From an uncultured Pelagibacteraceae bacterium (lineage in GTDB: Bacteria; Pseudomonadota; Alphaproteobacteria; Pelagibacterales; AG-422-B15): 64,000 nt of DNA. Positions 10,876-21,323 of this stretch are shown here, piece after piece (the first letter of the stretch is position 1; every line of letters starts with the position of its first letter). The stretch lies in NCBI GenBank assembly GCA_902518955.1, contig CABYIR010000002.1, forward strand, positions 48,891 through 112,890, given 5' to 3'. A program made the position numbers and the translations under genes. The notes beneath the pieces are model-generated. The model ran no database searches and was not told where the DNA came from. It worked only from the letters and a program-made list of their open reading frames with translations.

Positions 10876-12111
10876 TTAGTTAAGTGATTTTAAACCTTCT
10901 TTTGCAGCACCAACTAAAACAGCCATATTGCCAGCTTTATGTTCGTTATTCATCATTTTTTCATGCGCATCAGGAATACCATCCCAACTAAACACCTCAG
11001 AAACACATGGATCAATTACTCCATCACTTACAAGCTGGTTTGCTGCACTAGCCTGTTTTGAATTACCAAAATGAGACCCTTGTAGTCTTTTACTATGCAT
11101 CCATAAGTATCTAGCATCTAATGTTAGATTGTAACCAGTTGTTCCAGCACAAATCACAACCATTCCACCTCTTTTAACAACAAACATTGAAACTGGAACA
11201 GTTGACTCTCCTGGGTGTTCAAAAACCATATCAACGTTTTTGCCTTTACCAGTAAATTCCCATAATGCTTTTCCAAACTTTCTTACCTCTTTCATGTAAT
11301 TGTTGTAAGCATCTTCGTCATCAATATCCGGATGTTCTCCCCAACAGTCAAAATCCTTTCTATTTAAAACTCCAACTGCACCAAGTTTTTTTACATAGTC
11401 AGCTTTGGAATTATCAGAAATGACACCAATAGGCTTGGCACCAACAGTTTTTGCTAATTGAACAGCAAAACTACCTAGTCCACCGGACGCACCCCAAACT
11501 AAAACATACTCACCAGGCTTTAATTCATTTCCTGAATGACCAAATAGCATTCTGTAGGCTGTAACTAGTGTTAAATTATAACAACCACTTTCTTCCCAAG
11601 TAAGTTGTGAGGGCTTTTTCATTAATTGATGAGCTTGAACGGAGGTAAATTGAGCAAAAGTACCATCAGCGGTTTCATATCCAAAAACTTTATTTGTTTC
11701 AGACAACATAGGCTCTCCACCGTTTACTTCGACATCTTCATGATCCCAAGTCATTGCATGAATTACAACTTCATCACCGACTTTCCATCTCTTAACATCT
11801 GATCCTACTTTCCAAACAATTCCAGAAGCATCAGATCCAGCAATATGGTAATCTTTCTTTGTAACGTCTAGGACAGATATTGGTTTACCAAGACCAGCCC
11901 AAACACCATTATAGTTGACACCAGCTGCCATTACAAAAACGAGAACTTCACTCGGACCAATTTCCGGAATATCGAATTCTTCCTCAACAAAAGATTGAAG
12001 AGGATTACCGTGCCTGTCTTTTCTTATGACCCATGCATGCATTTTTTTTGGAACATGTCCTAATGGTGGTATTTCACCAATCGCGTAAATATCTTTTTCT
12101 TCTGTCGTCAT
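10876..12111 (-). CDS. ccr: Crotonyl-CoA carboxylase/reductase
   Basis: GEIPPLGHVPK, AAGVNYNGVW, GYET, WGASGGLG, LQGSHF. Confidence 0.93.
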   Translation of the reverse strand: MTTEEKDIYAIGEIPPLGHVPKKMHAWVIRKDRHGNPLQSFVEEEFDIPEIGPSEVLVFVMAAGVNYNGVWAGLGKPISVLDVTKKDYHIAGSDASGIVWKVGSDVKRWKVGDEVVIHAMTWDHEDVEVNGGEPMLSETNKVFGYETADGTFAQFTSVQAHQLMKKPSQLTWEESGCYNLTLVTAYRMLFGHSGNELKPGEYVLVWGASGGLGSFAVQLAKTVGAKPIGVISDNSKADYVKKLGAVGVLNRKDFDCWGEHPDIDDEDAYNNYMKEVRKFGKALWEFTGKGKNVDMVFEHPGESTVPVSMFVVKRGGMVVICAGTTGYNLTLDARYLWMHSKRLQGSHFGNSKQASAANQLVSDGVIDPCVSEVFSWDGIPDAHEKMMNNEHKAGNMAVLVGAAKEGLKSLN

Positions 12112-12246
12112 ATTTTCTCCTACGTAGTATGAAGCTATATAGCTCTAAATTAGGCTTTTGCGAGGTTTATAGCCAAATAAATGAGATTAGTATATACATT
12201 TTAATTAAAACAAATTAATAAAAATTAACATTTTTTATAGGAATCT

Positions 12247-14202
12247 ATGGATAAACCTTGGTTAATCAGAACTTATGCAGGTCATTCTACTGCCAAAAAG
12301 TCAAACGAACTGTACCTGAAAAATCTTTCAAAAGGTCAAACAGGCTTATCAATCGCTTTTGATTTGCCTACTCAAACTGGGTACGACAGTGACCATATTT
12401 TGGCATCTGGAGAGGTTGGTAAAGTAGGCGTTCCTATTAGTCACATTGGAGATATGAGAGTCTTATTTGATAAGATTCCTCTTGATCAAATGAATACCTC
12501 TATGACTATAAATGCAACTGCTGCATGGTTGTTAAGTCTATATATTGCTCTGGCAGATGAGCAAGGTATTGAACGCAGTAAACTTCAAGGAACAACACAA
12601 AATGATATAATTAAAGAGTATCTATCAAGAGGTACTCATGTATTTCCTCCTGCTCCGAGTCTTCGATTAATTTCAGATATGATTACCTATACTTATAAAG
12701 AACTCCCTAAATGGAATCCTGTTAATATTTGTTCTTATCATTTGCAGGAAGTAGGAGCAAAACCTGTACAAGAGCTAGCTTTTGCTCTGAGCACTGCTGT
12801 TGCTTATTTGGATCGTGTAAAAGAAGCAGATGTCTTAAGTTCAGATGAATTTGAAAACGTCGTGGGTCGAATAAGTTTTTTTGTTAATTCAGGTATCAAA
12901 TTCATTACAGAAATGTGTAAGATGAGGGCTTTTGTAGATCTCTGGGATGAAATTACAAAAGAGAGATATGGTGTACAAAATCCAAAGAACAGAAGGTTTA
13001 GATATGGTGTTCAAGTTAATAGCTTAGGCTTGACTGAGCAACAGCCTGAAAATAATGTTTATAGAATACTTATTGAGATGATGGCAGTAGTGCTATCAAA
13101 AGATGCTAGAGCTCGGGCTGTTCAGCTTCCAGCATGGAATGAGGCTTTAGGATTACCACGTCCATGGGACCAACAGTGGTCATTAAGACTACAACAGATA
13201 CTTGCTTTTGAAACTGACCTATTAGAGTTCGAAGATTTATTTAATGGATCGAAAGTAATTGATGAAAAAGTTTTTGAAATGAAATCTGAAGCAAAAAAAG
13301 AATTTGATTACATCCAATCAATTGGAGGTGCTGTTGTTGGTATTGAAAATAGTTATTTAAAACAGCAACTTGTAAATTCAAATAAAGAAAGAATTCAAAA
13401 TATTAACGATGGTAAGCAGGTCGTTGTAGGAGTAAACAAGTTTACTGAAACAGAATCATCACCATTAACTGCAAATGATAGTGGAATAGAAACAATTGAT
13501 TCTTCAGTTGAAGCAGAGCAAATTAAATCTCTAAACGAATGGAGAGATGCAAGAGATAGTAATGCAGTTAAAGAAGCTTTACTAAAATTAAAAGAATCTG
13601 CAGAAACAGATCAAAATATTATGGAGGCTTCAATAAATGCAGCTAAAGTTGGAGTTACGACTGGTGAATGGACCGATGCACTTAGAGGTATTTATGGTGA
13701 GTTTAGAGCTCCAACAGGAATAAATCAGAATATAAAAACAGTCACTAATGGCGATTATTCTTCAATTATTAAGAGAGTAGACACTATCTCAAAGAAAATT
13801 GGAAGACGTATTAAGTTTCTAGTTGGAAAACCGGGTCTTGATGGTCATTCTAGTGGAGCTGAGCAAATAGCCGTAAGCGCTAGTGACTGTGGAATGGATG
13901 TACTATACGAAGGAATTCGATTAACTCCGGAACAAATTGTAAAATCATCGGTTGAAGAGGATGTCCATATTATTGGTTTATCTATATTATCTGGCTCACA
14001 TATTCAACTTGTTGCAGAAATAATGAAGGAACTTAAAAAGAATAACATAAATAATATTCCTGTTATTGTAGGAGGTATCATTCCTGTTGAAGATGAGAAA
14101 ATACTTTTACAGAATGGAGTTAAGGCGGTTTATACTCCAAAAAATTATCAGATGTCTGATATTATGAGTGATATAGTTTCAATAGTGGAAAAAGAATTAT
14201 AA
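12247..14202 (+). CDS. ecm: Ethylmalonyl-CoA mutase (MeaA)
   Basis: PWLIRTYAGHS, RFRYGVQVNSLGLTEQQPENNV, B12 motif GLDGHSSG; divergent from ccr. Confidence 0.94.
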   Translation: MDKPWLIRTYAGHSTAKKSNELYLKNLSKGQTGLSIAFDLPTQTGYDSDHILASGEVGKVGVPISHIGDMRVLFDKIPLDQMNTSMTINATAAWLLSLYIALADEQGIERSKLQGTTQNDIIKEYLSRGTHVFPPAPSLRLISDMITYTYKELPKWNPVNICSYHLQEVGAKPVQELAFALSTAVAYLDRVKEADVLSSDEFENVVGRISFFVNSGIKFITEMCKMRAFVDLWDEITKERYGVQNPKNRRFRYGVQVNSLGLTEQQPENNVYRILIEMMAVVLSKDARARAVQLPAWNEALGLPRPWDQQWSLRLQQILAFETDLLEFEDLFNGSKVIDEKVFEMKSEAKKEFDYIQSIGGAVVGIENSYLKQQLVNSNKERIQNINDGKQVVVGVNKFTETESSPLTANDSGIETIDSSVEAEQIKSLNEWRDARDSNAVKEALLKLKESAETDQNIMEASINAAKVGVTTGEWTDALRGIYGEFRAPTGINQNIKTVTNGDYSSIIKRVDTISKKIGRRIKFLVGKPGLDGHSSGAEQIAVSASDCGMDVLYEGIRLTPEQIVKSSVEEDVHIIGLSILSGSHIQLVAEIMKELKKNNINNIPVIVGGIIPVEDEKILLQNGVKAVYTPKNYQMSDIMSDIVSIVEKEL

Positions 14203-14204
14203 GT

Positions 14205-14864
14205 ATGATTGCTATTGATGGACCATCTATTCATCCATTGAGTGGAGGCAAAGCAAAACAATTGGTCATTTTTTGTCATGGATATGGTGCAGATGGTAAT
14301 GATCTTATTGGTCTCGCAAGTTACTTTCAGCAAATCTTACCAGATGCGTATTTTATTTCACCAAATGCACCAGAGTCATGTCCAATGAACCCAATGGGCT
14401 ATCAATGGTTTGATTTTACTTCTAATGATCCTGATTTAATTTGGAAAAAAGTGAATGTTGCTGGAGAAATTCTAAATAATTTTATTGATACTAAATTAAA
14501 TGAACTAAATTTATCAGACAAAGATTTATCGTTAGTCGGCTTCAGTCAAGGTACTATGATGTCACTTCATGTTGGTTTAAGGCGTATTGCAACTATGAGT
14601 TCTATTGTTGGCTTTTCTGGTAGATTGATTAGAGAAGATATTTTATCAGACGAAATGAAATCAAAACCACCAGTATACTTAATTCACGGCGACCAAGATC
14701 CAATGGTTCCTTATAGTGATACAATCAATGCTGCTAAAATACTGAAAGATTTAGATATTGATGTTCAATCACATATTTCTCCTAATACCCCTCATTCAAT
14801 TGCACAGGATGGATTAGAAATTGCTAAAAAGTTTCTATCATCAAACTTTTCACAGAATAAATAA
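14205..14864 (+). CDS. Phospholipase/carboxylesterase
   Basis: HGYGADG, GFSQG nucleophile, HGDQD..VP, catalytic His. Confidence 0.9.
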   Translation: MIAIDGPSIHPLSGGKAKQLVIFCHGYGADGNDLIGLASYFQQILPDAYFISPNAPESCPMNPMGYQWFDFTSNDPDLIWKKVNVAGEILNNFIDTKLNELNLSDKDLSLVGFSQGTMMSLHVGLRRIATMSSIVGFSGRLIREDILSDEMKSKPPVYLIHGDQDPMVPYSDTINAAKILKDLDIDVQSHISPNTPHSIAQDGLEIAKKFLSSNFSQNK

Positions 14865-14916
14865 TTTATAAATATTTAATTTTGATTTTTCTGGGTTGAT
14901 ACATATATTAAGATAT

Positions 14917-15474
14917 ATGAATTCATTTATGCCTCTAGAACAGTGTCCAGCATTGGTTTTGAATTCAGATTTTCGTCCTCTTTCACATTATCCGCTCTCA
15001 TTGTGGTCATGGCAAGATAGTATAAAAGCTGTAATACTTGATCGAGTTAATATTGTCGCTAATTATTCAAGACAAATTAGAAGCCCGAGTTTTGAGATAT
15101 ATGTACCAAGTGTAATAAGTTTAAAAAATTACATAAAACCCAACCGTAATCCAATATTTTCAAGATTTAATGTTTTTTTGAGAGATAAATTTCAATGCCA
15201 ATACTGTGGGTCTAATAAGGATTTAACATTTGATCATTTGATTCCAAGATCAAATGGCGGAGAAACAACTTGGGAAAATATTGTTACTGCTTGCTCTTCT
15301 TGTAATGTCAAGAAGGGTGGCAAAAGCTTATCTAAATCAGGCATGAAACCATATAATTTGCCGAAGATACCTTCTATGAGTGATTTAGATAAATGTGGCA
15401 GATCTTTTCCTCCCAACTTCTTACATGAAAGTTGGATGGATTTTTTATATTGGGATATTCAATTAGATAAGTGA
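14917..15474 (+). CDS. HNH endonuclease family protein (conserved alphaproteobacterial type)
   Basis: PALVLN.DFRPLS, CQYCG, TFDHLIP, C..CN..KG. Confidence 0.9.
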   Translation: MNSFMPLEQCPALVLNSDFRPLSHYPLSLWSWQDSIKAVILDRVNIVANYSRQIRSPSFEIYVPSVISLKNYIKPNRNPIFSRFNVFLRDKFQCQYCGSNKDLTFDHLIPRSNGGETTWENIVTACSSCNVKKGGKSLSKSGMKPYNLPKIPSMSDLDKCGRSFPPNFLHESWMDFLYWDIQLDK

Positions 15475-15492
15475 ACTTAAATATTAGTTTTT

Positions 15493-16011
15493 TTATGTTC
15501 TCTCTGCAAGAAAAATAGCTGCTTCAGTAGTCTTATTTATCAATTTTTTTAAAATTGGATGGCTCTTATTGCTATTTTTATTTCCTGTTTCTTTGTGGTG
15601 AGCCTCATCATTTCTAAATTTTATAATTTTTTTTTGAAGATCAGTATCGATTTTATCAAGTTGATCAATTTGTTTGCTATAATGTTGTTCAATTACTTCT
15701 TCAACTGCTTCAGTGCAAACATACGCTGCTTTTGGACCAATAAGAGCTGTGCCGACCCCCATAGCAAAAGCACCAATATCAAATAATGGAGCCAATTTAC
15801 TTGGTTTAATATTTTTCTCTTTTGCAAGCTTATTGAAATAATCAAGATGCTCTTTTTCTTCTTGAGCCATTTCAGAAAAAATTTCATATTCTTTTTTATT
15901 ATTAAATAATTTGAATACAAGCTTTTGACCGTTGTAAATCCTTTGAGCTCCTATCTCTCCAGCGTGATCAACTCTAACTATTCTTTCTATAATTTTATCT
16001 TTTGCGAACAT
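15493..16011 (-). CDS. coq7: Demethoxyubiquinone hydroxylase (di-iron)
   Basis: RVDHAGEIGA, E..H, EAVE..I..HY, DE..H. Confidence 0.92.
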   Translation of the reverse strand: MFAKDKIIERIVRVDHAGEIGAQRIYNGQKLVFKLFNNKKEYEIFSEMAQEEKEHLDYFNKLAKEKNIKPSKLAPLFDIGAFAMGVGTALIGPKAAYVCTEAVEEVIEQHYSKQIDQLDKIDTDLQKKIIKFRNDEAHHKETGNKNSNKSHPILKKLINKTTEAAIFLAERT

Positions 16012-16483
16012 TTTTTATTACAGACATTAAATTTAACATTAACAGTATAGACATAGTAATTAAATTTAATTCTGCAAGAGAAATTATATTAAAAATAATA
16101 GTTGGTTCATCACAACGAATGATGGGTGTGTTCTGAATTATTGCTAACAAGTCTTTTGTATTTGAAGTTTCTACAATTGCTGAACAGGCACTATTTCCAA
16201 CAAAAATTCCTCTTTCAATTCCTACATGATAAACCGTATATATAGTTCCTACTAAAATAGTAAGACAAGAAGAAATTAATAGAAAAAAATTGACTTTTAA
16301 ATTACCACTTTTGTATATGAAAAATAAACTTAAAAAAATAAGGATATAATAGGGATATCTTTCTTTGATACACATATCACAAGGAGGCAAATTAAAATTG
16401 TACTGTAAAACAAGAACGACAAAAATAACGATTACTGAAATAATAAAATTAATGAAGAATATATTTCTGAAATTTAGTTTCAT
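15995..16483 (-). CDS. dsbB: Disulfide bond formation protein DsbB family
   Basis: PCDMC..ER, YHVG.E, second Cys pair, TM helices. Confidence 0.85.
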   Translation of the reverse strand: MKLNFRNIFFINFIISVIVIFVVLVLQYNFNLPPCDMCIKERYPYYILIFLSLFFIYKSGNLKVNFFLLISSCLTILVGTIYTVYHVGIERGIFVGNSACSAIVETSNTKDLLAIIQNTPIIRCDEPTIIFNIISLAELNLITMSILLMLNLMSVIKNVRKR

Positions 16484-17076
16484 TTTAAGAAAATAATAAT
16501 TAATATTAAAAAAATTATAAATAAAATTAAATATGTATTTAAACGGTTTTCAAATGATTTCATAATATCTTCTCCAAATTTCCAAATAATATAACCAATT
16601 AAAAAAAATCTAACTGATCTTGAAATGATGCTCGCAGTTATAAAAATAAGAAAATTAATTCCAATAAATCCACTTGAAAGTGTTACAATCTTGAAAGGAA
16701 CTGGCGTAAATCCTCCAATAAATACATATATAAAACCAAATTCTGAGACTTTATCTGAGAAGTTTGAGAAGGCCTCATTTAAATCGTAGAGATTTAGTAT
16801 GTACATTCCAATACTTTCAAATAAATACATTCCTATAAAGTATGCTGCTATTGCACCGAACAAGGATCCTAATAGAGCGAAACAAGCTATTTTAAAAATT
16901 CTATCTCTATCTGATGCCATCATAGGAATCATAAAAACTTCTTGAGGAAAAGGAAAAATGATTGACTCCAAAAAACAAAGTATAAATATAAAGGGATAAG
17001 CCAGTCTACTCTTTGTAAACCTTGAAGACTTTTCGAGTAAATATTTTTTTAAGCTAAAATAGAAATTTCTGATCAT
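16480..17076 (-). CDS. YqaA/DedA family membrane protein
   Basis: FLESIIFPFP, GFTPVPFK, SR..RF. Confidence 0.88.
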   Translation of the reverse strand: MIRNFYFSLKKYLLEKSSRFTKSRLAYPFIFILCFLESIIFPFPQEVFMIPMMASDRDRIFKIACFALLGSLFGAIAAYFIGMYLFESIGMYILNLYDLNEAFSNFSDKVSEFGFIYVFIGGFTPVPFKIVTLSSGFIGINFLIFITASIISRSVRFFLIGYIIWKFGEDIMKSFENRLNTYLILFIIFLILIIIFLK

Positions 17077-17167
17077 AAGAAAGAATATTTATAATATATA
17101 TTAGCACAGTATTTAATTTTAAACTTTTATTTATGACAAAAGTGTTGTCTATTGAGTGATATGAAAT

Positions 17168-17252
17168 GGGGATATGGCGGAATTGGTAGACGCGCCAGAC
17201 TCAAAATCTGGTGCCTTCGGGCGTTCCGGTTCGACTCCGGATATCCCTACCA
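17168..17252 (+). tRNA. tRNA-Leu(CAA)
   Basis: GGGGATA/TATCCCT acceptor stem, anticodon arm CCAGA-CTCAAAA-TCTGG, long variable arm, GGTTCGA, encoded CCA. Confidence 0.97.
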
Positions 17253-17261
17253 AGAATAAGT

Positions 17262-18689
17262 ATGAAAAGAAAAACTGAGAAAAAAATTAAAATTAGAGAA
17301 TTGGAGTATATAGATCCTATAGAAGTCTTTAAACGACTTCAGGATTATAATGATCTTATTTTTTTCGATAGTGCCAGTAAAAGTCAAAAAAATAACAGAT
17401 ATTCATATATTGCACTTGATCCAGTTCATTCATACAAAGTTTTTAAACAAGGAAGAAAAAGTATTTTTGACAACAAGACAGAGACAGAAATTAAAAAAAT
17501 ATATAAAAAACTATCATTTAAAAAAAAGAATGGCTATCCAAGTTTTCAATGTGGATTTGCAGGATACATTACATACGACCAATGTCTTGGTATTGAAAAT
17601 ATAAAATCAATTAGTAAATCTTCAAATCAAGAAACTAAATTGTATTTAGGACTCTTTGATATTGTAATTGCTTTCGATTTGAAATTAAAAAAAGCATTTA
17701 TCTTTTCATATAATTTTGATCATTATTTAAAAATAAAAGATAAAAATACTCATCAATTTAGAAGAGAAAAAATAATTAATCTCTATAAAATTTCTAGAAT
17801 AAGTAACAGCAAAAAGGATCAAAAAGAATTCAATTGGGTACCTGAAATTTCTAAAAAACAATACATTATTAAGGTTAAGAAATTGCTGAATTATATTAAA
17901 TCAGGAGATATTTTTCAGGCAAATTTTACTCAACGATTTAAAGCAAGTATTCCAAAAAACTTTTCATCAATTGAAATGTATTTAAATTATCGAGAGAGAA
18001 CAAATACTCCATTTTCAGCTTTTATTAAACACAATTCGAAACACATATTTTCTTATTCTCCTGAAAGGTTCTTAAGAGTTAATGAAACTAACGTCTTAAC
18101 ATCGCCCATAAAAGGAACAATTAAAAGAGGGGAAGATCTTGATAAAGATCTTTTATTGAAGAATAAGTTATTAAATAGTTCAAAAGATTTAGCTGAAAAT
18201 CTTATGATTGTTGATGTATTAAGAAATGATATTTCAAGAGTGTGTGATTATGGTTCTGTGAAAGTTAGCAAATTAGCAAAACTAGAAAGTTATCAAAATG
18301 TGCATCATTTAGTTTCATCAATTGAAGGTAAATTATCGAAAAATAAAGATATTCTTGATTTATTGAACGCAACTTTGCCTGGCGGCTCAATAACAGGTGC
18401 TCCAAAAGTAAGAGCAATGGAAATTATTTCTGAGTTAGAAAAGAGTAATCGTGGTGTTTATTGTGGAACTATAGGATACATGTCCCTTTCAGGTTATAGT
18501 GACTTTAATATACCAATTAGAACCATCACAATTGAAAATGATCAAGCGTTGCTTAATTCAGGAGGTGGCATAGTTGCTGACTCATTACCTATCAAGGAGT
18601 ACTTTGAATCGATGAGTAAAGTAAGTAACTTATTTCCAAAAAAGAAAAAAAGAAAATATATTCAAAGTGGACAAAAATTAAAAATATGA
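17262..18689 (+). CDS. pabB: Aminodeoxychorismate synthase component I (start moved out of the tRNA)
   Basis: SPERFL, PIKGT, AENLMIVDVLRND, PGGSITGAPK; overlaps pabC. Confidence 0.88.
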   Translation: MKRKTEKKIKIRELEYIDPIEVFKRLQDYNDLIFFDSASKSQKNNRYSYIALDPVHSYKVFKQGRKSIFDNKTETEIKKIYKKLSFKKKNGYPSFQCGFAGYITYDQCLGIENIKSISKSSNQETKLYLGLFDIVIAFDLKLKKAFIFSYNFDHYLKIKDKNTHQFRREKIINLYKISRISNSKKDQKEFNWVPEISKKQYIIKVKKLLNYIKSGDIFQANFTQRFKASIPKNFSSIEMYLNYRERTNTPFSAFIKHNSKHIFSYSPERFLRVNETNVLTSPIKGTIKRGEDLDKDLLLKNKLLNSSKDLAENLMIVDVLRNDISRVCDYGSVKVSKLAKLESYQNVHHLVSSIEGKLSKNKDILDLLNATLPGGSITGAPKVRAMEIISELEKSNRGVYCGTIGYMSLSGYSDFNIPIRTITIENDQALLNSGGGIVADSLPIKEYFESMSKVSNLFPKKKKRKYIQSGQKLKI

Positions 18690-19504
18690 TTGTTTATTTT
18701 AATGGTAAATACATAGATGAAAATAAAGTTTCACTTAGCATTAAAGACAGAGGATTTCTTCTTGGGGATGGTGTATTTGAAACAATTTTGTATAAAAATA
18801 AAAAATTAATTTTTTTTGATTTACATACTAAGAGACTAAAAAAATCACTCAAAAGAATTTTTATAAATTTTAATGAATCTAAAAGCAGTCTTAGTAATAA
18901 AATAAATAATTTAATTAAACGTAATAATTTAGAAAATGATAATCTTTCCATTAGAATTACAATCACACGTGGAAATTCTGAAAGAGGTATAGATATTTTA
19001 CCAAATTCAAATGCCTTTTTATTGATTACATCATCAAAAATTAAAAATAATCTGAGGATGAAACCTCTCAAACTCAGTATTTCAAATATATTAAGAAATG
19101 AAACATCTATTACTTCACAATACAAAACAACAAATTATTTAGATAATATAGTTGCTAAACATGAAGCAATTAAAAGTAAATTTGATGATGCTTTATTAAT
19201 AAATACTAAAAATAATATTTGCTGCTCTTCAACATCTAATTTCTTTTATCGTGAAGATAAAAGAATATTTACACCTCCTATTGAAGACGGAGTTTTAGAT
19301 GGAACAATTAGAGAAATTCTAATTGCAAAAAGAAAAGTTGCAGTTAAATCAATAAAATTGAGTAATCTTACAAATTGTAAAGAAGTCTTTATTACCAATA
19401 GCTTATTTGGTATAAGACCAGTTGAAAAAATCGAAAAATTTAATTTCAATATTGGTCCAGATACATATGATATTGATAAATTTTTGTCTAATTTGGGGAT
19501 GTAA
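18686..19504 (+). CDS. pabC: Aminotransferase class IV / 4-amino-4-deoxychorismate lyase
   Basis: DRGFLLGDGVFET, KTTNY, L.GTIR, FITNS; coupled to pabB. Confidence 0.8.
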   Translation: MIVYFNGKYIDENKVSLSIKDRGFLLGDGVFETILYKNKKLIFFDLHTKRLKKSLKRIFINFNESKSSLSNKINNLIKRNNLENDNLSIRITITRGNSERGIDILPNSNAFLLITSSKIKNNLRMKPLKLSISNILRNETSITSQYKTTNYLDNIVAKHEAIKSKFDDALLINTKNNICCSSTSNFFYREDKRIFTPPIEDGVLDGTIREILIAKRKVAVKSIKLSNLTNCKEVFITNSLFGIRPVEKIEKFNFNIGPDTYDIDKFLSNLGM

Positions 19505-19515
19505 ACGTAATTATA

Positions 19516-21303
19516 ATGTTTAGTACTATTGCTCGAGAATATAAGTATATTCGTTTCTTTGTTAAGTTACTTGGACGTTCCAAAAAGCTTGATAAGAATA
19601 AATCGCTGACTGTTCCAGATATGATAGAGGAGTCAATTGATAAATTTCCAAATAATATTGCAATTGAGTTTGAGGATAAGTCATATACCTATTTAGATTT
19701 AGATAAAGAGTCAAATCAGGTTGCCAATTGGGCTATAAAAAAAGGCTACAAAACGGGAGATGTTGTAGCCTTATTAATGGAAAATAAGCCTGAATTTATT
19801 TTTATATGGCTTGGTTTATCAAAGCTAGGAATTACAATCGCTTGCTTGAATAATAATATCAAAAGTAAATCACTTGCTCATTGCATTCAAACCTCTAAAA
19901 GTAAAAGCTTAATTTTAAGCTCTGACCTAATTGATAATTACTCTTCAGCTGAAGATTTAATTGATGACCAACTTTCAGTTTATGTGAGTGGAGATAAAGT
20001 TCAAGGTTTTGAGAATATTGATGATGATAATGAAAAAAATACTAATCGTCCAAATTCATCTATAAGAAAGACTCTTACAAATAGTGAGTCATTATTTTAT
20101 ATCTATACTAGTGGTACTACTGGCCTTCCTAAGGCCTCAAATTTCAGCCACCAAAAATTTGCAGTAGGTTCAGGATTGCAAATGTTCTCTTTAAATATGA
20201 AATCAACTGATAAGACGTATCTAGTTCTCCCTCTTTATCACGCGACTGGAGGCGTTGTAGGTTTAGGTTCTACTTTATTCACTGGTGGTACAGTTGTTTT
20301 AAGAAAAAAATTTTCTGTTGAAAAATTTTGGGAAGATTGTGCAAAATATAAAGTTACAGTTATTACTTATATTGGTGAACTATTTAGATATCTTATATCA
20401 GCTCCAAAAAATGAATTTGAGAAGCAACATAATATAAGAGGTATGTACGGAAACGGTTTAAGACCCGATGTATGGAAAGTAGTACAAGATAGATTTGGAA
20501 TTAATAACATAATTGAATTCTATGGAGCTTCAGAGGGAAATGTTTCGTTGACAAATGTTGATAGTCGTTTTGGTTCAATAGGAAGAATTCCCCCATACGC
20601 AAAAAATGCTTTACCTACCAAAATAGTTAAATTTGATGTTGTAAATGAAAAAGTAGTGAGAAATGAAGATGGTTTTTGCATAGAATGTGAGAATGATGAA
20701 GCGGGAGAAGTGATTGGCCTTATCCCAAATGAAGATAAGTTTTCTGGTAAGTTTGAGGGATATACTGATAAAGAGGCAACAGAAAAGAAAATATTGAAAG
20801 ATGTTTTTGAAAAAGGAGATCAATGGTTTTCTTCGGGAGATTTATTAAAGCGTGACAAGGATGGATATTATTACTTTGTCGATAGGATTGGAGATACATT
20901 TAGATGGAAGTCTGAAAATGTAGCAACGAGCGAAGTTAGTGAGGCAATTTCTACTTTTGCAGGCGTCAAAGAAGCAAATGTTTATGGAGTTTTAGTGCCA
21001 GGTGAAGATGGAAGAGCGGGCATGGCCTCGATAGTGCCTGGTGAGGAATTCTCAATCAACGGTTTATATGAGCATCTTTCACAACATCTTCCAAAATATT
21101 CGATTCCAGTATTTATAAGAATATCAAAAGAAATTGAAGTAACAGGTACTTTTAAGTATAAAAAAACTGATTTAGTAAAAGACGGCTTTGATCCATCAGT
21201 TGTAAAAGATCAAATGTATTATGCGTCGACAAGTGAAAATGATTATATGAATCTTGATGACAATGTTTTTAAAAAGATCTCTGATCACGAACTGAAGCTA
21301 TAA
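19516..21303 (+). CDS. Long-chain acyl-CoA synthetase, FATP family
   Basis: YTSGTTGLPK, EFYGASEG, YFVDRIGDTFRWKSENV. Confidence 0.92.
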   Translation: MFSTIAREYKYIRFFVKLLGRSKKLDKNKSLTVPDMIEESIDKFPNNIAIEFEDKSYTYLDLDKESNQVANWAIKKGYKTGDVVALLMENKPEFIFIWLGLSKLGITIACLNNNIKSKSLAHCIQTSKSKSLILSSDLIDNYSSAEDLIDDQLSVYVSGDKVQGFENIDDDNEKNTNRPNSSIRKTLTNSESLFYIYTSGTTGLPKASNFSHQKFAVGSGLQMFSLNMKSTDKTYLVLPLYHATGGVVGLGSTLFTGGTVVLRKKFSVEKFWEDCAKYKVTVITYIGELFRYLISAPKNEFEKQHNIRGMYGNGLRPDVWKVVQDRFGINNIIEFYGASEGNVSLTNVDSRFGSIGRIPPYAKNALPTKIVKFDVVNEKVVRNEDGFCIECENDEAGEVIGLIPNEDKFSGKFEGYTDKEATEKKILKDVFEKGDQWFSSGDLLKRDKDGYYYFVDRIGDTFRWKSENVATSEVSEAISTFAGVKEANVYGVLVPGEDGRAGMASIVPGEEFSINGLYEHLSQHLPKYSIPVFIRISKEIEVTGTFKYKKTDLVKDGFDPSVVKDQMYYASTSENDYMNLDDNVFKKISDHELKL

Positions 21304-21323
21304 TTTTAAAAGAAAAACAACAC

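Noticed and set aside
12120..12210. Short palindromes (CTACGTAG, AGCTATATAGCT, TTTTAATTAAAA) between ccr and ecm
   Set aside because: They are short or low-complexity and cannot be distinguished from chance without comparative data.
14896..15474. HNH nuclease as a defence or mobile element
   Set aside because: It matches the conserved alphaproteobacterial type found beside a carboxylesterase. No methylase, array or repeats are nearby.
17211..17261. pabB GTG start at 17211
   Set aside because: It lies inside tRNA-Leu. The ATG at 17262 is the plausible start.
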